From positions 11,240-75,239 of the forward strand of contig CALWJX010000093.1 in the NCBI GenBank assembly GCA_944381085.1: 64,000 nucleotides of DNA, written 5' to 3'. Positions 20,431 through 29,298 of this stretch are shown here, piece after piece. The position numbers and the translations under genes are program-made. The DNA is from an uncultured Clostridia bacterium (GTDB lineage Bacteria > Bacillota > Clostridia > Oscillospirales > CAG-272). A model generated the notes under the pieces. That model searched no databases. It was not told the origin of the DNA and saw nothing but the letters and a program-made list of their open reading frames with translations. The number at the start of each line of letters is the position of its first letter. Position 1 is the stretch's first letter.

Positions 20431-21324
20431 TCAATTTATGTCAGTCCCGCCGAATTTATATGCGTCGCTGTTTCCGTACAAGGCGTCATCTCCGTATTGC
20501 TTTTCGCACGCCTTATCTCTGTATTTTATGAAATTTTCGACGGGCCCGAAAAAATATTTCGACCTGTCCAAACATAGCACATGCGAGGCATATTTTAGGA
20601 CAGAAGAAATATCGTGTGAGATCATAATAATTGTTATTCCTTCTTTTTTGTTAATATCATGCACAAGCGAATACATATCGGACGCGGCTTTGGGGTCAAG
20701 CCCCGTAACCGGTTCGTCAAGCATGAGAACCCTTGTGGCGGAGCAAAGAGCTCTGGCAAGCAACACTCTTTGCTGCTGACCGCCTGACAGTTCACGGTAA
20801 CTTCTGCTTGACAAAGATGTTATTCCGAGTTTTTCCATGTTTGTGAAGGCAGTCTGCCTGTCGTTTTTGGACAAAAACGGACCTTTGCTGTGCCGTCCGA
20901 TGCAACCGGACATCACAATTTCAAAAACCGTCGCCGGAAAGTCACGCTGTACTTCGGTATGCTGCGGCAAAAAGCCTATGTCGTTTCTTTTCAGACTGTC
21001 AAGCAAATCTATCTTTCCGCAATCGGGCTTTTTTAGTCCGAGAAGCGCGTCCAACAAGGTGGTCTTTCCCGAGCCGTTCTCCCCCACGATGCAGAAATAA
21101 TCGCCCTGATATACCTGAAAAGACAGATTGTTTACAACCGCCTTGTTTTCATATGAAAGACTGATGTTTTCCACATCTATTATTTTGTTTCCAATCTGAT
21201 TCCTGCACTGTTCGGCATTTATTCTCCGGACTTTGGAGTAATTTTTCCATGCGCCCGCGGGATGTATCTTGGTTTCCTTTTCGGTATCCGCGGAAATTTT
21301 TTTGCTTTTGAAAACAAAGGGCAT
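20431..21324 (-). CDS. znuC: Metal ABC transporter ATP-binding protein
   Basis: Walker A GENGSGKTT, signature LSGGQQQRV, Walker B LMLDEPVTGLD. The ATG lies 1 nt after the znuA stop. Confidence 0.85.
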   Translation of the reverse strand: MPFVFKSKKISADTEKETKIHPAGAWKNYSKVRRINAEQCRNQIGNKIIDVENISLSYENKAVVNNLSFQVYQGDYFCIVGENGSGKTTLLDALLGLKKPDCGKIDLLDSLKRNDIGFLPQHTEVQRDFPATVFEIVMSGCIGRHSKGPFLSKNDRQTAFTNMEKLGITSLSSRSYRELSGGQQQRVLLARALCSATRVLMLDEPVTGLDPKAASDMYSLVHDINKKEGITIIMISHDISSVLKYASHVLCLDRSKYFFGPVENFIKYRDKACEKQYGDDALYGNSDAYKFGGTDIN

Positions 21325-21325
21325 T

Positions 21326-22285
21326 TCAGCTCCAAGCCTCCGTTAACGTCTGTAAATTTTTTCTCATAAGCGACAGATAAGATTCTCCGCTGTCAAACTG
21401 TTCATCAGTTATGGATTGGCACGAGTAAAGCGAAAGCACACGCGCGCCGGTATCTTCCGCTATTTTTTGCGCAACCGCCTGATTTGAGTCATCGGTCTGA
21501 AAAATATATTCAGCCTGTAGCTCTTTTGCCTTGTTTATAAGAAAAGTAACCGTTTCAAACGACGCCTCGGTTTCCGCCGAGCAACCGGGAAAAGCGGCAT
21601 AATAATCTATGCCGTATTCCTCTGTAAAATACAGGAAAGGAAATCTGTCCCCGACTATTATAGTCCGGGGGTTTTCACATAATTTTCTGAAATCTTTATC
21701 AAGAGCGTTTAAGCTTTCAATATACTTTTCGGAATTTGCCGTATATTTGTCTTTGTTTTCCGGATCGGCTTGACAAATTATTTCGGTAAGTCCCCGGACA
21801 ATCTTTACGGCGTTTGTTACGGACATCCATACATGCTCGTCGTAAACTTCTCCGCTATGGTCATGCGAGTCTCCCCCATGTTCTGAATATTCCGGAAGCC
21901 TTTCGTATAATAGGTCTACATAATCAAATAAAGAACAGGTTATTATATCGTCGTTTTCCGCGGAACGCAATACGCCGTCCACCCAAGCGTCCGACTGTCC
22001 TCCGGTATATACGAGAATGTCACACCGCGCGATTTCAAGTATATCGCCGGATGTAGGTTCATAGCTGTGCATATCGGTACCGTTTTTCTGCAGAAGCGTC
22101 AGGTTTTCTTCCGTCCCGGTAATTATCCTGCAAAAATCATACTGAGGGAAAATCGAGCATACGATTTTCAAGCCGCTTTCGTTTTCAGACTTATCCGAGC
22201 ATGATGTAAACACGGGTACAGCCGATATTACAATGGCAATCAACAGAGCCGCCGCTGTCTTTTTCAATTTTAAACATCCTTTCAT
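21326..22285 (-). CDS. znuA: Metal ABC substrate-binding lipoprotein (TroA/ZnuA type) with a His/Asp-rich loop
   Basis: Signal peptide plus lipobox (VFTSC). The loop EHGGDSHDHSGEVYDEH is typical of zinc-specific ZnuA. Confidence 0.8.
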   Translation of the reverse strand: MKGCLKLKKTAAALLIAIVISAVPVFTSCSDKSENESGLKIVCSIFPQYDFCRIITGTEENLTLLQKNGTDMHSYEPTSGDILEIARCDILVYTGGQSDAWVDGVLRSAENDDIITCSLFDYVDLLYERLPEYSEHGGDSHDHSGEVYDEHVWMSVTNAVKIVRGLTEIICQADPENKDKYTANSEKYIESLNALDKDFRKLCENPRTIIVGDRFPFLYFTEEYGIDYYAAFPGCSAETEASFETVTFLINKAKELQAEYIFQTDDSNQAVAQKIAEDTGARVLSLYSCQSITDEQFDSGESYLSLMRKNLQTLTEAWS

Positions 22286-22372
22286 TAATATTATTTTACG
22301 CTGTTTAATTTAACGGCAAAAAACTTAATCTTCGGTTTATATGCTTTTTGCATCTCTTTTTGCCTTTTTTAT

Positions 22373-23023
22373 TTATAACTGTTGACGCGGAATTACACTG
22401 TTATCCGCCAGAATATCCGGCTTGTATATCATACTGTCATTTTCGGTTAACTCCCGGATAACCCGGCATGGCACCCCCGCGGCAAAACTGTTTGAGGGAA
22501 TGTCGCGTGTCACGACGCTGCCCGCGCCTATAACGCAGTTGTCGCCTATCGTTACACCGGGACAAACCGTGACGGAAGCGCCAAACCAGCAGTCATTTCC
22601 GATACGCACCGGCTTGGCATAGCAAAAACGCTTTATCTCTCCGGAAGAATTAAGCATGGCGCGCCGTTCATCCGGAAGCATCGGATGCAAAGGAGTGACA
22701 ATTGTAACATTGGGACCGAAATTACAATTGTCTCCGATGACAACTTCCGCGTCGTCCTGTATCGTCAGATTAAAATTTCCGAAAAAGTTTTTGCCTATTT
22801 TGGTGTGCTTACCGTAATGAAAGGATATAGGACCCTGTATAAAGCCACCCTCGCCGAACTTTCCGATAATCTCGGAAAGAATGGCGGCGCGTTTTTCGGT
22901 TTCATCTTCGTGAGTTTGATTATAATCCACATTCAGATTGTGAGTTCTCAGCTTTATCGCCTTCAGTTCCGGGTCGCCGGGGCAGAACAGAATGCCCGCG
23001 CTTATTTTTTCTTCTTCTTTCAC
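22373..23023 (-). CDS. Maltose/galactoside O-acetyltransferase family, second paralog
   Basis: 216 aa with hexapeptide repeats ([31 protein letters not shown]). Has the same fold signature as 18004-18600. Confidence 0.85.
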   Translation of the reverse strand: [216 protein letters not shown]

Positions 23024-23097
23024 CGAGTTTCCCTCCCGACAAGATACTTTTATTAAATATAAAAAAGACAGCCGATTATAAAAAATTTCCGAAAAAA

Positions 23098-23550
23098 TTA
23101 AAAAAAATTGTTATTCGGATAAATTTTTTTTATACCTGTCGATAAATCTTCTTTTAATTTACAGTCAAGACATAGACCGTAAAGAATACTTCTTCCGCAG
23201 TCTACGTCAAAAAAATGACTTTGCAGAATATGGTTTTTGAGCTTATCCCCCATCTCGCACTCAAGATGCATAAGCTTTCCGCAGCCGAGGCATTTCAAAT
23301 GAAAATGTTCATTGCATTCGCTTTTTTCTCCCACATACTGATATACATACGAGCGTTCGTCTTCGCTTCGGAATTTTCGCAAAACTCCCTCCTCGCACAG
23401 CAACGAAATATTTCGGTAAACCGAACTTCTGCGGCTCAGATTTCCGTTAAGCTCCAAACAGATCTGATCGACAGTATAGTGAGCGTCGAGATGAGTTGAC
23501 ATAAATGCTATCAATTTCTGTCTGCCTTCTGTTTTATAACCTTTTGGCAT
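23098..23550 (-). CDS. Fur family transcriptional regulator (Zur-like by context)
   Basis: 150 aa. Has a winged-helix N-terminus and two CxxC pairs (CLGCGKL..., CLDCK). It heads the znuACB-containing gene string. Confidence 0.8.
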   Translation of the reverse strand: MPKGYKTEGRQKLIAFMSTHLDAHYTVDQICLELNGNLSRRSSVYRNISLLCEEGVLRKFRSEDERSYVYQYVGEKSECNEHFHLKCLGCGKLMHLECEMGDKLKNHILQSHFFDVDCGRSILYGLCLDCKLKEDLSTGIKKIYPNNNFF

Positions 23551-23672
23551 TTTTAAACCTCTTTTCGGATTTTAAAAATAACAACCGCTTTTCCGCAATG
23601 TTTAAATGAAAATAACTGTGGGCTTTTGAACATCACAATTATATCATATAATATATTTTTTGTCAAGTATTT

Positions 23673-23687
23673 TGATAATCATTCTCA
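23673..23687. promoter_or_regulatory. Fur/Zur-type 7-1-7 box (TGATAATCATTCTCA)
   Basis: Imperfect inverted repeat that matches TGATAATnATTATCA at 14/15 positions. It lies about 125 bp upstream of the Fur-family gene start. Confidence 0.55.
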
Positions 23688-23768
23688 TTTTTGATTTTTA
23701 AAAAATTTCCGCCGTATGCATTGGATATAATGAAATAAAACGGACATATTTATGTGCCATATTGTATA

Positions 23769-23797
23769 TTTACAACAAATAAAATCTATGATATAAT
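23769..23797 (+). promoter_or_regulatory. SigA-type promoter (TTTACA-17-TATAAT)
   Basis: Near-consensus hexamers with 17-bp spacing. Lies about 310 nt upstream of the XRE-TPR gene. Confidence 0.45.
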
Positions 23798-24109
23798 AGA
23801 ATCATGTAAAATAGTGGATGGTGAAAGTTTCACTTTTTAGCAGCATCAAAGTGCATATGATTTCACGCATAAATTTTCTGAAAAGGCAAACGCTTTTTAC
23901 ATTTCGCTGACAAATTGACACTTTAAATGATGGAAATTTTTTGCCTGCCTTTTTCAAAGGCGAAACAGTCAAGGACAAGAAACCCTCCGAGCGCTTCACG
24001 AAACCGAAAATTTCTTATGTTCTGTTTGCGCAACCTGCGGCGGGATGGGAATTATTATGAAACAAGTATAAATACGATTATTGAATGTGAAACAAAAAAC
24101 GAGGTCATT

Positions 24110-25177
24110 ATGGAACTGAATAACAAACTAAAAGAACTGAGGATATCTCGGAATATGACGCAGGAAGCGGTAGCCGAACATCTGGGGGTATCCTCACAGA
24201 CTGTTTCCAAATGGGAGCGAGGGTTATTATCCCCCGATATAGCCCTTCTGCCCAAAATTGCTTTGCTTTTCAAATGTTCTATAGATTCAATGTTTGATAT
24301 GGAGTCGGCGTGGGGAGATGAACACCGACGCCGTTTTGAAGCAAAAATTCGCGAGCTTTTTGTCAAAAAGGACTATGAAGGCGTATATCGGACATTTTTG
24401 TGTGAAATTGAATTAAATCCGGATAACTATACCTACTATCCTGACGTAATGCTCCATGTACTTCGCAAAAAAATGTATAATAAGGATCATGTTGAAAAAA
24501 TGATCTCGCTTGCCGACCGCGCGGAAAAATACTGTACGGATGATGATATACGAAATGAGATTTATCGCGTTATGATCCAGATCTGTTCCGAGTCGGACGA
24601 TCCGACAATCAAGGATAAAAGTAAGTATTATTATAAAAAACTGCCTAAATTGCGCCATAGCCGCGAGATATATGCAAAGCTTGTTATGGATGGAGAAGAG
24701 TATCGCCTTCAGGTGAAGAAAAACATCATTTATCTGATCGATCTCGCGGAATGCGCGGTCAGACAGCTTATCCTGCCCGACATGCCTCCCGAAGAGATGT
24801 TGTTTTATTATAAAAAGGCGGCGGCGCTTTACGAAACGGTTTTAGACGGTAAATACGCCGGATTTTACGACCCGCCGTTGCTTTACGATTATTATGAAAT
24901 CGCATCAATATATGTTAAACTCGGGAAACCCGAAAAAGCCCGCGATTATATAGACCTTATACTCAAAGCGCTGGAAAAACATATGATCGAAACCGAGAAG
25001 GAAAATAAATCAAGATTGCTGTACTCCGCAACATTGCATAATACTGTTTCGAGCGATGAATTATGTAAAAAATTATTGCAAAATATGCTTAAGGTACCGG
25101 AACTTGAGCAATTCAAGGACGAAATTTTAGATATACAAAAAAGATTCGACGAATATGTTTCTCAGAAAGGAAAATAA
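24110..25177 (+). CDS. XRE-family HTH regulator with a long helical (TPR-like) C-terminal domain
   Basis: Start re-called to ATG 24110 (GAGG RBS). Has the HTH LRISRNMTQEAVAEHLGVSSQTVSKWERG, followed by about 290 aa of helical repeats. Confidence 0.8.
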   Translation: MELNNKLKELRISRNMTQEAVAEHLGVSSQTVSKWERGLLSPDIALLPKIALLFKCSIDSMFDMESAWGDEHRRRFEAKIRELFVKKDYEGVYRTFLCEIELNPDNYTYYPDVMLHVLRKKMYNKDHVEKMISLADRAEKYCTDDDIRNEIYRVMIQICSESDDPTIKDKSKYYYKKLPKLRHSREIYAKLVMDGEEYRLQVKKNIIYLIDLAECAVRQLILPDMPPEEMLFYYKKAAALYETVLDGKYAGFYDPPLLYDYYEIASIYVKLGKPEKARDYIDLILKALEKHMIETEKENKSRLLYSATLHNTVSSDELCKKLLQNMLKVPELEQFKDEILDIQKRFDEYVSQKGK

Positions 25178-25180
25178 GCG

Positions 25181-26488
25181 ATGAAAACTAAATTTACTTT
25201 TTTAGCCGTTCTTTTGTTTGTTACAATCTTACTCGGTTCGTGCACGAAATCGCCCGAGCTTCCGCATAATACCGAGTCTCAAGGTACAGTAAACACACCC
25301 GAGATTCCTACAGATGCACAGGCTGATCCGTTTGAAAACCTCCGTGACAGCAGAGAGGCTTGGTTGACTTATGGTTTGTCCGCATATGAAAGCGATAAAG
25401 AAGTTGATAATTTAAAAGAATTTTTCTCCGATCGCGCAAATATGACATATCTGACGTTGTATGATCACATGTTCGCATTTGATAAAAAAACTTCCGTTGA
25501 GGTTGCCAAAGCACTGTTTTCCTTTATTTATAACGAATACGGTGCGGATGCTCTTCTTGATATAAATAATCGTTGTGAGTACAAAACGGCTTACTTAAAA
25601 TCGCTTGGTTTGGATACGGAATATACTCAGAATCAGAAAGTGGAAACCTTTTTTACCACAATGGAATTTACATCCGACGCGACGTATAAATATATTATAT
25701 CATTTGACAATGTGACCTATTATTTCAAGGATTTCGACGCAGGAAGTATTTCACAGTATAACGGATTTCTTTACTACAGCACCACGGGGCTGTCTGAAAT
25801 GATTAGGTATATGGAAGACAATAATTTGAGTGAAGCGCTTGATACCGAACGAAAGTTTAATTTCTATATGACCTTTGACGGAAGCGGATATTCCAAAACC
25901 GTTTATTCCAACGGAAACATGTATATCAACGATTCCAATTCAACTCTTCACGAAGCTGTACACGCAATGGGCGTGACTAAAAATGAGAACATATGGTTAA
26001 GCGAGGGAATCTGCAACTATTTCGGCAAAGCTCTTGGCTTTAACGATCAAATTGCGGCGTCTTATATTCAAATCCTTACAATGGCTAAGCAAGGCTACTT
26101 TGATGAACGTGCAAACGCCGGTGACAAATCGGCTGTTCTCTATAAAGAGGTATATAAAGCTTATACCGACCGAGGCGGGAAAATTGATTCTGTCGATGCT
26201 TTTGATCTTCGTCTGTATACCGATGTGGCGGCAAAAGTTGAGCTGGATTCGGGCTTGTACACTACGCTTGGGGAAGCGTATAAAATAGTTAATAAAGAAG
26301 ATTGCGAGGCGTTAGGCGATGAGATTTCATACGAGCAAGCCACTTCTCTCATATTATACCTCGCAGATTCATACGGAATAGAAAAGGTGCTTGAAGCATA
26401 TCAAACACAAAATATAGAAACTGTTTTCGGCAAAGACTACGAAGGATTAAAGGCGGATTGGTTAGCATATATTAATAATTTAAGCTGA
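25181..26488 (+). CDS. Secreted lipoprotein with an HExxH motif (putative zinc metallopeptidase)
   Basis: Signal peptide plus lipobox (ILLGSC) and the motif STLHEAVHAMG. Starts 3 nt after the regulator stop. Confidence 0.7.
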   Translation: MKTKFTFLAVLLFVTILLGSCTKSPELPHNTESQGTVNTPEIPTDAQADPFENLRDSREAWLTYGLSAYESDKEVDNLKEFFSDRANMTYLTLYDHMFAFDKKTSVEVAKALFSFIYNEYGADALLDINNRCEYKTAYLKSLGLDTEYTQNQKVETFFTTMEFTSDATYKYIISFDNVTYYFKDFDAGSISQYNGFLYYSTTGLSEMIRYMEDNNLSEALDTERKFNFYMTFDGSGYSKTVYSNGNMYINDSNSTLHEAVHAMGVTKNENIWLSEGICNYFGKALGFNDQIAASYIQILTMAKQGYFDERANAGDKSAVLYKEVYKAYTDRGGKIDSVDAFDLRLYTDVAAKVELDSGLYTTLGEAYKIVNKEDCEALGDEISYEQATSLILYLADSYGIEKVLEAYQTQNIETVFGKDYEGLKADWLAYINNLS

Positions 26489-26544
26489 ATACCGGTATTT
26501 AACATATTGACTATATTTAACTTTTTATTATTTTCATTGGAAAT

Positions 26545-26612
26545 AGCTCCTTTTGAGATTTAATTTAGTTTGGTCACAAATTTTATTTCACAAAAGGAGC
26601 TGTTTTTCTTTT
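26545..26612 (+). terminator. Large-loop hairpin plus T-tract after the lipoprotein gene
   Basis: AGCTCCTTTTG (26545-26555) pairs with CAAAAGGAGCT (26591-26601), followed by GTTTTTCTTTTT. The 35-nt loop is atypical. Confidence 0.4.
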
Positions 26613-26726
26613 TGTTTGTCGCCTGTCAATTGAATTACAACATTTGATAATCAATTTATTTTTTTATGTAAATAATAAATTCTTGAGATAATTTTAAGTT
26701 TACCTTTAAAAATTTGCTAATTGCTA

Positions 26727-26755
26727 TTGCATTTATTTGTTTTTTGTGGTATAAT
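26727..26755 (+). promoter_or_regulatory. Strong SigA-type promoter (TTGCAT-17-TATAAT, TGg-extended) driving the tRNA region
   Basis: Near-consensus -35 hexamer, perfect -10 hexamer, and exact 17-bp spacer. Confidence 0.65.
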
Positions 26756-26892
26756 ATATGAGGTTTGAAAAAACATAGATGCTTCTATAGTGACTGTATT
26801 TTTATACTTAAGCGTAACAGTGTCAGAGTTGAATGCACTTGTTGTTAATTTAGTCGACTCTCAAATGTTTTGTTGCGACTGTAAACCTATAC

Positions 26893-26934
26893 GGAGAGGT
26901 ATCGAAGCGGTCATAACGGGGCTGACTCGAAATC
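26893..26934 (+). pseudogene. tRNA-Ser-like 5' half (acceptor 5' strand, D-arm and anticodon loop CTCGAAA). The 3' half is missing or diverged.
   Basis: 39/42 identity to positions 27073-27114 of the intact tRNA-Ser. After position 26934 the sequence diverges, the anticodon stem no longer pairs, and there is no T-arm or matching 3' acceptor strand. Confidence 0.6.
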
Positions 26935-27072
26935 GTGGTCGCTATCCGGTAGCCTCCGTTGCGAAATCCCTTGATTTTACGGGGTTTTTCGGGTATCTTT
27001 AACTTAATATTTTTGCTTGTTCTCCCCATCAGTTCTCCCCGTTTTCTGAGGTGCTGATGTTGAGATAAATAC

Positions 27073-27161
27073 GGAGACGTATCGAAGTGGTCATAACGGG
27101 ACTGACTCGAAATCAGTTGATCCGCAAGGGTCCGTGGGTTCGAATCCCACCGTCTCCGCCA
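27073..27161 (+). tRNA. tRNA-Ser (anticodon CGA), CCA encoded
   Basis: Manual fold. Acceptor GGAGACG/CGTCTCC, D-arm TCG..CGG, anticodon stem ACTGA/TCAGT with loop CTCGAAA. Long variable arm TGATCCGCAAGGGTCC, T-arm GTGGG-TTCGAAT-CCCAC, discriminator G plus CCA. Confidence 0.9.
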
Positions 27162-27167
27162 TTCAAA

Positions 27168-27199
27168 GCCTGTAAACCTCGTGTTTGCAGGCTTTTTTT
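27168..27199 (+). terminator. Rho-independent terminator after tRNA-Ser
   Basis: GCCTGTAAAC-ctcgt-GTTTGCAGGC followed by TTTTTTT. Confidence 0.75.
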
Positions 27200-27207
27200 C
27201 GCCCTTT

Positions 27208-28443
27208 TCACGCCTCATTCGATCCCTTGCGGGGTTTCCTGTCAGCTTTTTCTGTTCTCCCATAATCGCTGTGGGGAGAACATTGGGGAGAATTGATCCC
27301 CAAACCACTCAGCATCGCGTCAGCCGAAGTCAGCTTCGAGCTATAATCCAGATGCGCGTAGATGTTTGCCGTTGTTGAGAAGTCACTGTGACCAAGCCAT
27401 TCCTGAATCTGCTTCATAGGAACACCATTTGCCAGAAGTAACGAGGCACAGCTATGTCTGAGATCATGATACCTGATATGCCTCATCCCGTTTGCCTTGA
27501 GTAAGTCAGGAAATGCGGTTGTCACATAATGGGGCTTGATCAGATCGCCAATCTCGTTGACACATACATAATCAAGATAGTCCTTGATGTAGCTGCGTCC
27601 GCACAAGCGACGGTTTTCCTTCTGCTCTTCCTTGAGGGCAAGAAGTCTTTCTCTCATGAATGGAACAAGAGGTAGTGTTCTCATACTCGATTTGGTCTTC
27701 GTGGTATCGGCTGCGACCAGGATGCGCTTGCCGTCCAGATCACAAGAAGTAACTGTGTGCCGGATCGTGAGCGTGTTCTGCTCAAAGTCAATTGCATCCC
27801 ATTTCAGTCCGATTGCCTCACTGCGGCGCAGACCGTAAAATGCACCGAACAGAATAGGCAGCTCAAGTTTTGTTCCTTTGGCGGCTTCAAAGAGAGCGTT
27901 GACCTCATCAGCATCGTAGAAGCTGCCGACATACCGGTCTTTCTTCGGACGCTCAACCTTGTCTGCCGGGTTTACATCGATCAGGTCAATCTTCACGGCA
28001 TACTTGAGAGCCTTGTGAATATTGGCATGATAATGAATGACCGAAGAAGCACTGACGCGCTGGAGTTCCTTCAAGTAAAACTCCTGAATGTCCTTTGCTG
28101 TCAGATTCTTGAGTGTGACTTCCTTTTTGCGGAAGTACGGTGCTACGATTTTCTTGACCGTGGTCGAGTAAGAAGCGAATGTCGGAACTGCCACCGAGCT
28201 TTTGATGATCTCAAGCCACTGCTCCATGTAGTCCGCGAACAGAATGTCCCCGTTCATGACCTTTGGCTCTTCGGGGTTGAAATTGCGTCGTGCATCCATC
28301 AGGATTGCTTCGGCGCGTTTTTTATTGCCCTTAACAGTAAGTCCGGTAGAAATCCACTTGGTCTTTCTTTTTCCGAGAGAATCGGTGTAGTTCAACACGG
28401 CGTAGTAATATCCGCTTTTTTCGCGGAGATGTCCTGCTACCAT
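27208..28443 (-). CDS. int: Tyrosine site-specific integrase
   Basis: Catalytic signature GLRRSEA ... HDLRHSCASLLL ... ANIYAHL. Start re-called to MVAGHLREKSGYYY, which is the typical N-terminus. Confidence 0.92.
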   Translation of the reverse strand: MVAGHLREKSGYYYAVLNYTDSLGKRKTKWISTGLTVKGNKKRAEAILMDARRNFNPEEPKVMNGDILFADYMEQWLEIIKSSVAVPTFASYSTTVKKIVAPYFRKKEVTLKNLTAKDIQEFYLKELQRVSASSVIHYHANIHKALKYAVKIDLIDVNPADKVERPKKDRYVGSFYDADEVNALFEAAKGTKLELPILFGAFYGLRRSEAIGLKWDAIDFEQNTLTIRHTVTSCDLDGKRILVAADTTKTKSSMRTLPLVPFMRERLLALKEEQKENRRLCGRSYIKDYLDYVCVNEIGDLIKPHYVTTAFPDLLKANGMRHIRYHDLRHSCASLLLANGVPMKQIQEWLGHSDFSTTANIYAHLDYSSKLTSADAMLSGLGINSPQCSPHSDYGRTEKADRKPRKGSNEA

Positions 28444-28565
28444 AATTATCCTCCTTTTGCGTAGCAGTAACACCTACCTTATACCGGGATCCTATTATAC
28501 CAGAACCGGGTTCGAATTGGAGGACCTTTCTACGCACTTTTTTGTAAATATTTTGAGTCCAAACT

Positions 28566-28805
28566 TTAAGCGGTCACTGCTTCTCCGCATCCAATACAGA
28601 GATAAGTGAAAAGATGAGCCTTCGGAATACGATAGGCTCTGCCGACCTTGAGGCTGAGTATCTTTCCTTCGCGCAGAATACGATAGCCGGTCTTTGTGCT
28701 GATGCTGAGTATTTCGCACATCTGCTCGATACTCATAACATCGGGATAGTCTTTCAACATGAGCTTATAGGCATCGCGCTGAGAAATAGTTGATGCGGTA
28801 TTCAC
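28566..28805 (-). CDS. xis: Excisionase-family HTH DNA-binding protein
   Basis: Start re-called to GTG 28805, preceded by GGAGGTG plus 6 nt. MSIEQMCEILSISTKTGYRILREGKILSLKVGRAYRIPK matches the excisionase/MerR-type HTH. Confidence 0.75.
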   Translation of the reverse strand: MNTASTISQRDAYKLMLKDYPDVMSIEQMCEILSISTKTGYRILREGKILSLKVGRAYRIPKAHLFTYLCIGCGEAVTA

Positions 28806-28831
28806 CCGTCTCACCTCCGTTAGATTTTGAT

Positions 28832-28922
28832 TTTTGCTTATCAGCAAAAGGATAGGCAGCAGTCCTTTTTTGAATAGACTGCTGCCCATAGTTTTTGATG
28901 ATAAAGCCCTTTCGGGCGTTTT
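28832..28922 (-). other. Three tandem stem-loops immediately upstream of xis
   Basis: TTTTGCT-tatc-AGCAAAA (28832-28849). GGCAGCAGTC-12nt-GACTGCTGCC (28855-28886). GCCC-tttc-GGGC with flanking A/T runs (28903-28922). Confidence 0.5.
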
Positions 28923-29298
28923 CACATTGATTATCCTTCCGGCATATTTGCAGCTCGCGCCCCTGCCGAATAGGGAATGCTGCGGACTACCAATGGTCAA
29001 TCGGTATCATGGGACTCTCACCCCTCCGAGGATCGCTCCGAGCCGCCCCTTGTATTGCAAAGAGACAGAAGTATCATTATACCCAACTTCTCCATCATGG
29101 CGATCAGCCGCACCACACGGCTGTTTAGTCTCTCTGTTGATCGCTCGCTCCACAGCAGATGAAACATTTGCATGGAGGTCATGGCGGCAGAAGACAAGTC
29201 GCTTCGAGAAAAGAGGAAAGATCCGCAGCACTGACTATTCAGTTTTCAAGGTACAGTGAAGGAGTTTTGCCCCTTCACTTACCTAAGTGAATCTGAGG

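Noticed and set aside
23927-24109. 61-codon N-terminal extension of the XRE-TPR ORF, and similar upstream extensions in many track ORFs
   Set aside because: The ORF track starts at the first alternative start codon. The extensions lack an RBS, while internal ATG/GTG/TTG codons with good Shine-Dalgarno spacing give family-typical N-termini.
26850-27308. 152-aa minus-strand ORF across the tRNA region
   Set aside because: It overlaps the intact tRNA-Ser, its terminator and the pseudo-tRNA. It has arginine/proline-rich, shadow-like composition.
28834-29259. 141-aa plus-strand ORF, plus ORFs 29007-29231(-) and 28977-29162(+), in the xis-sigma spacer
   Set aside because: They have implausible amino-acid composition and no RBS, and the plus-strand ORFs run opposite to the flanking minus-strand genes. 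The region is treated as non-coding leader.
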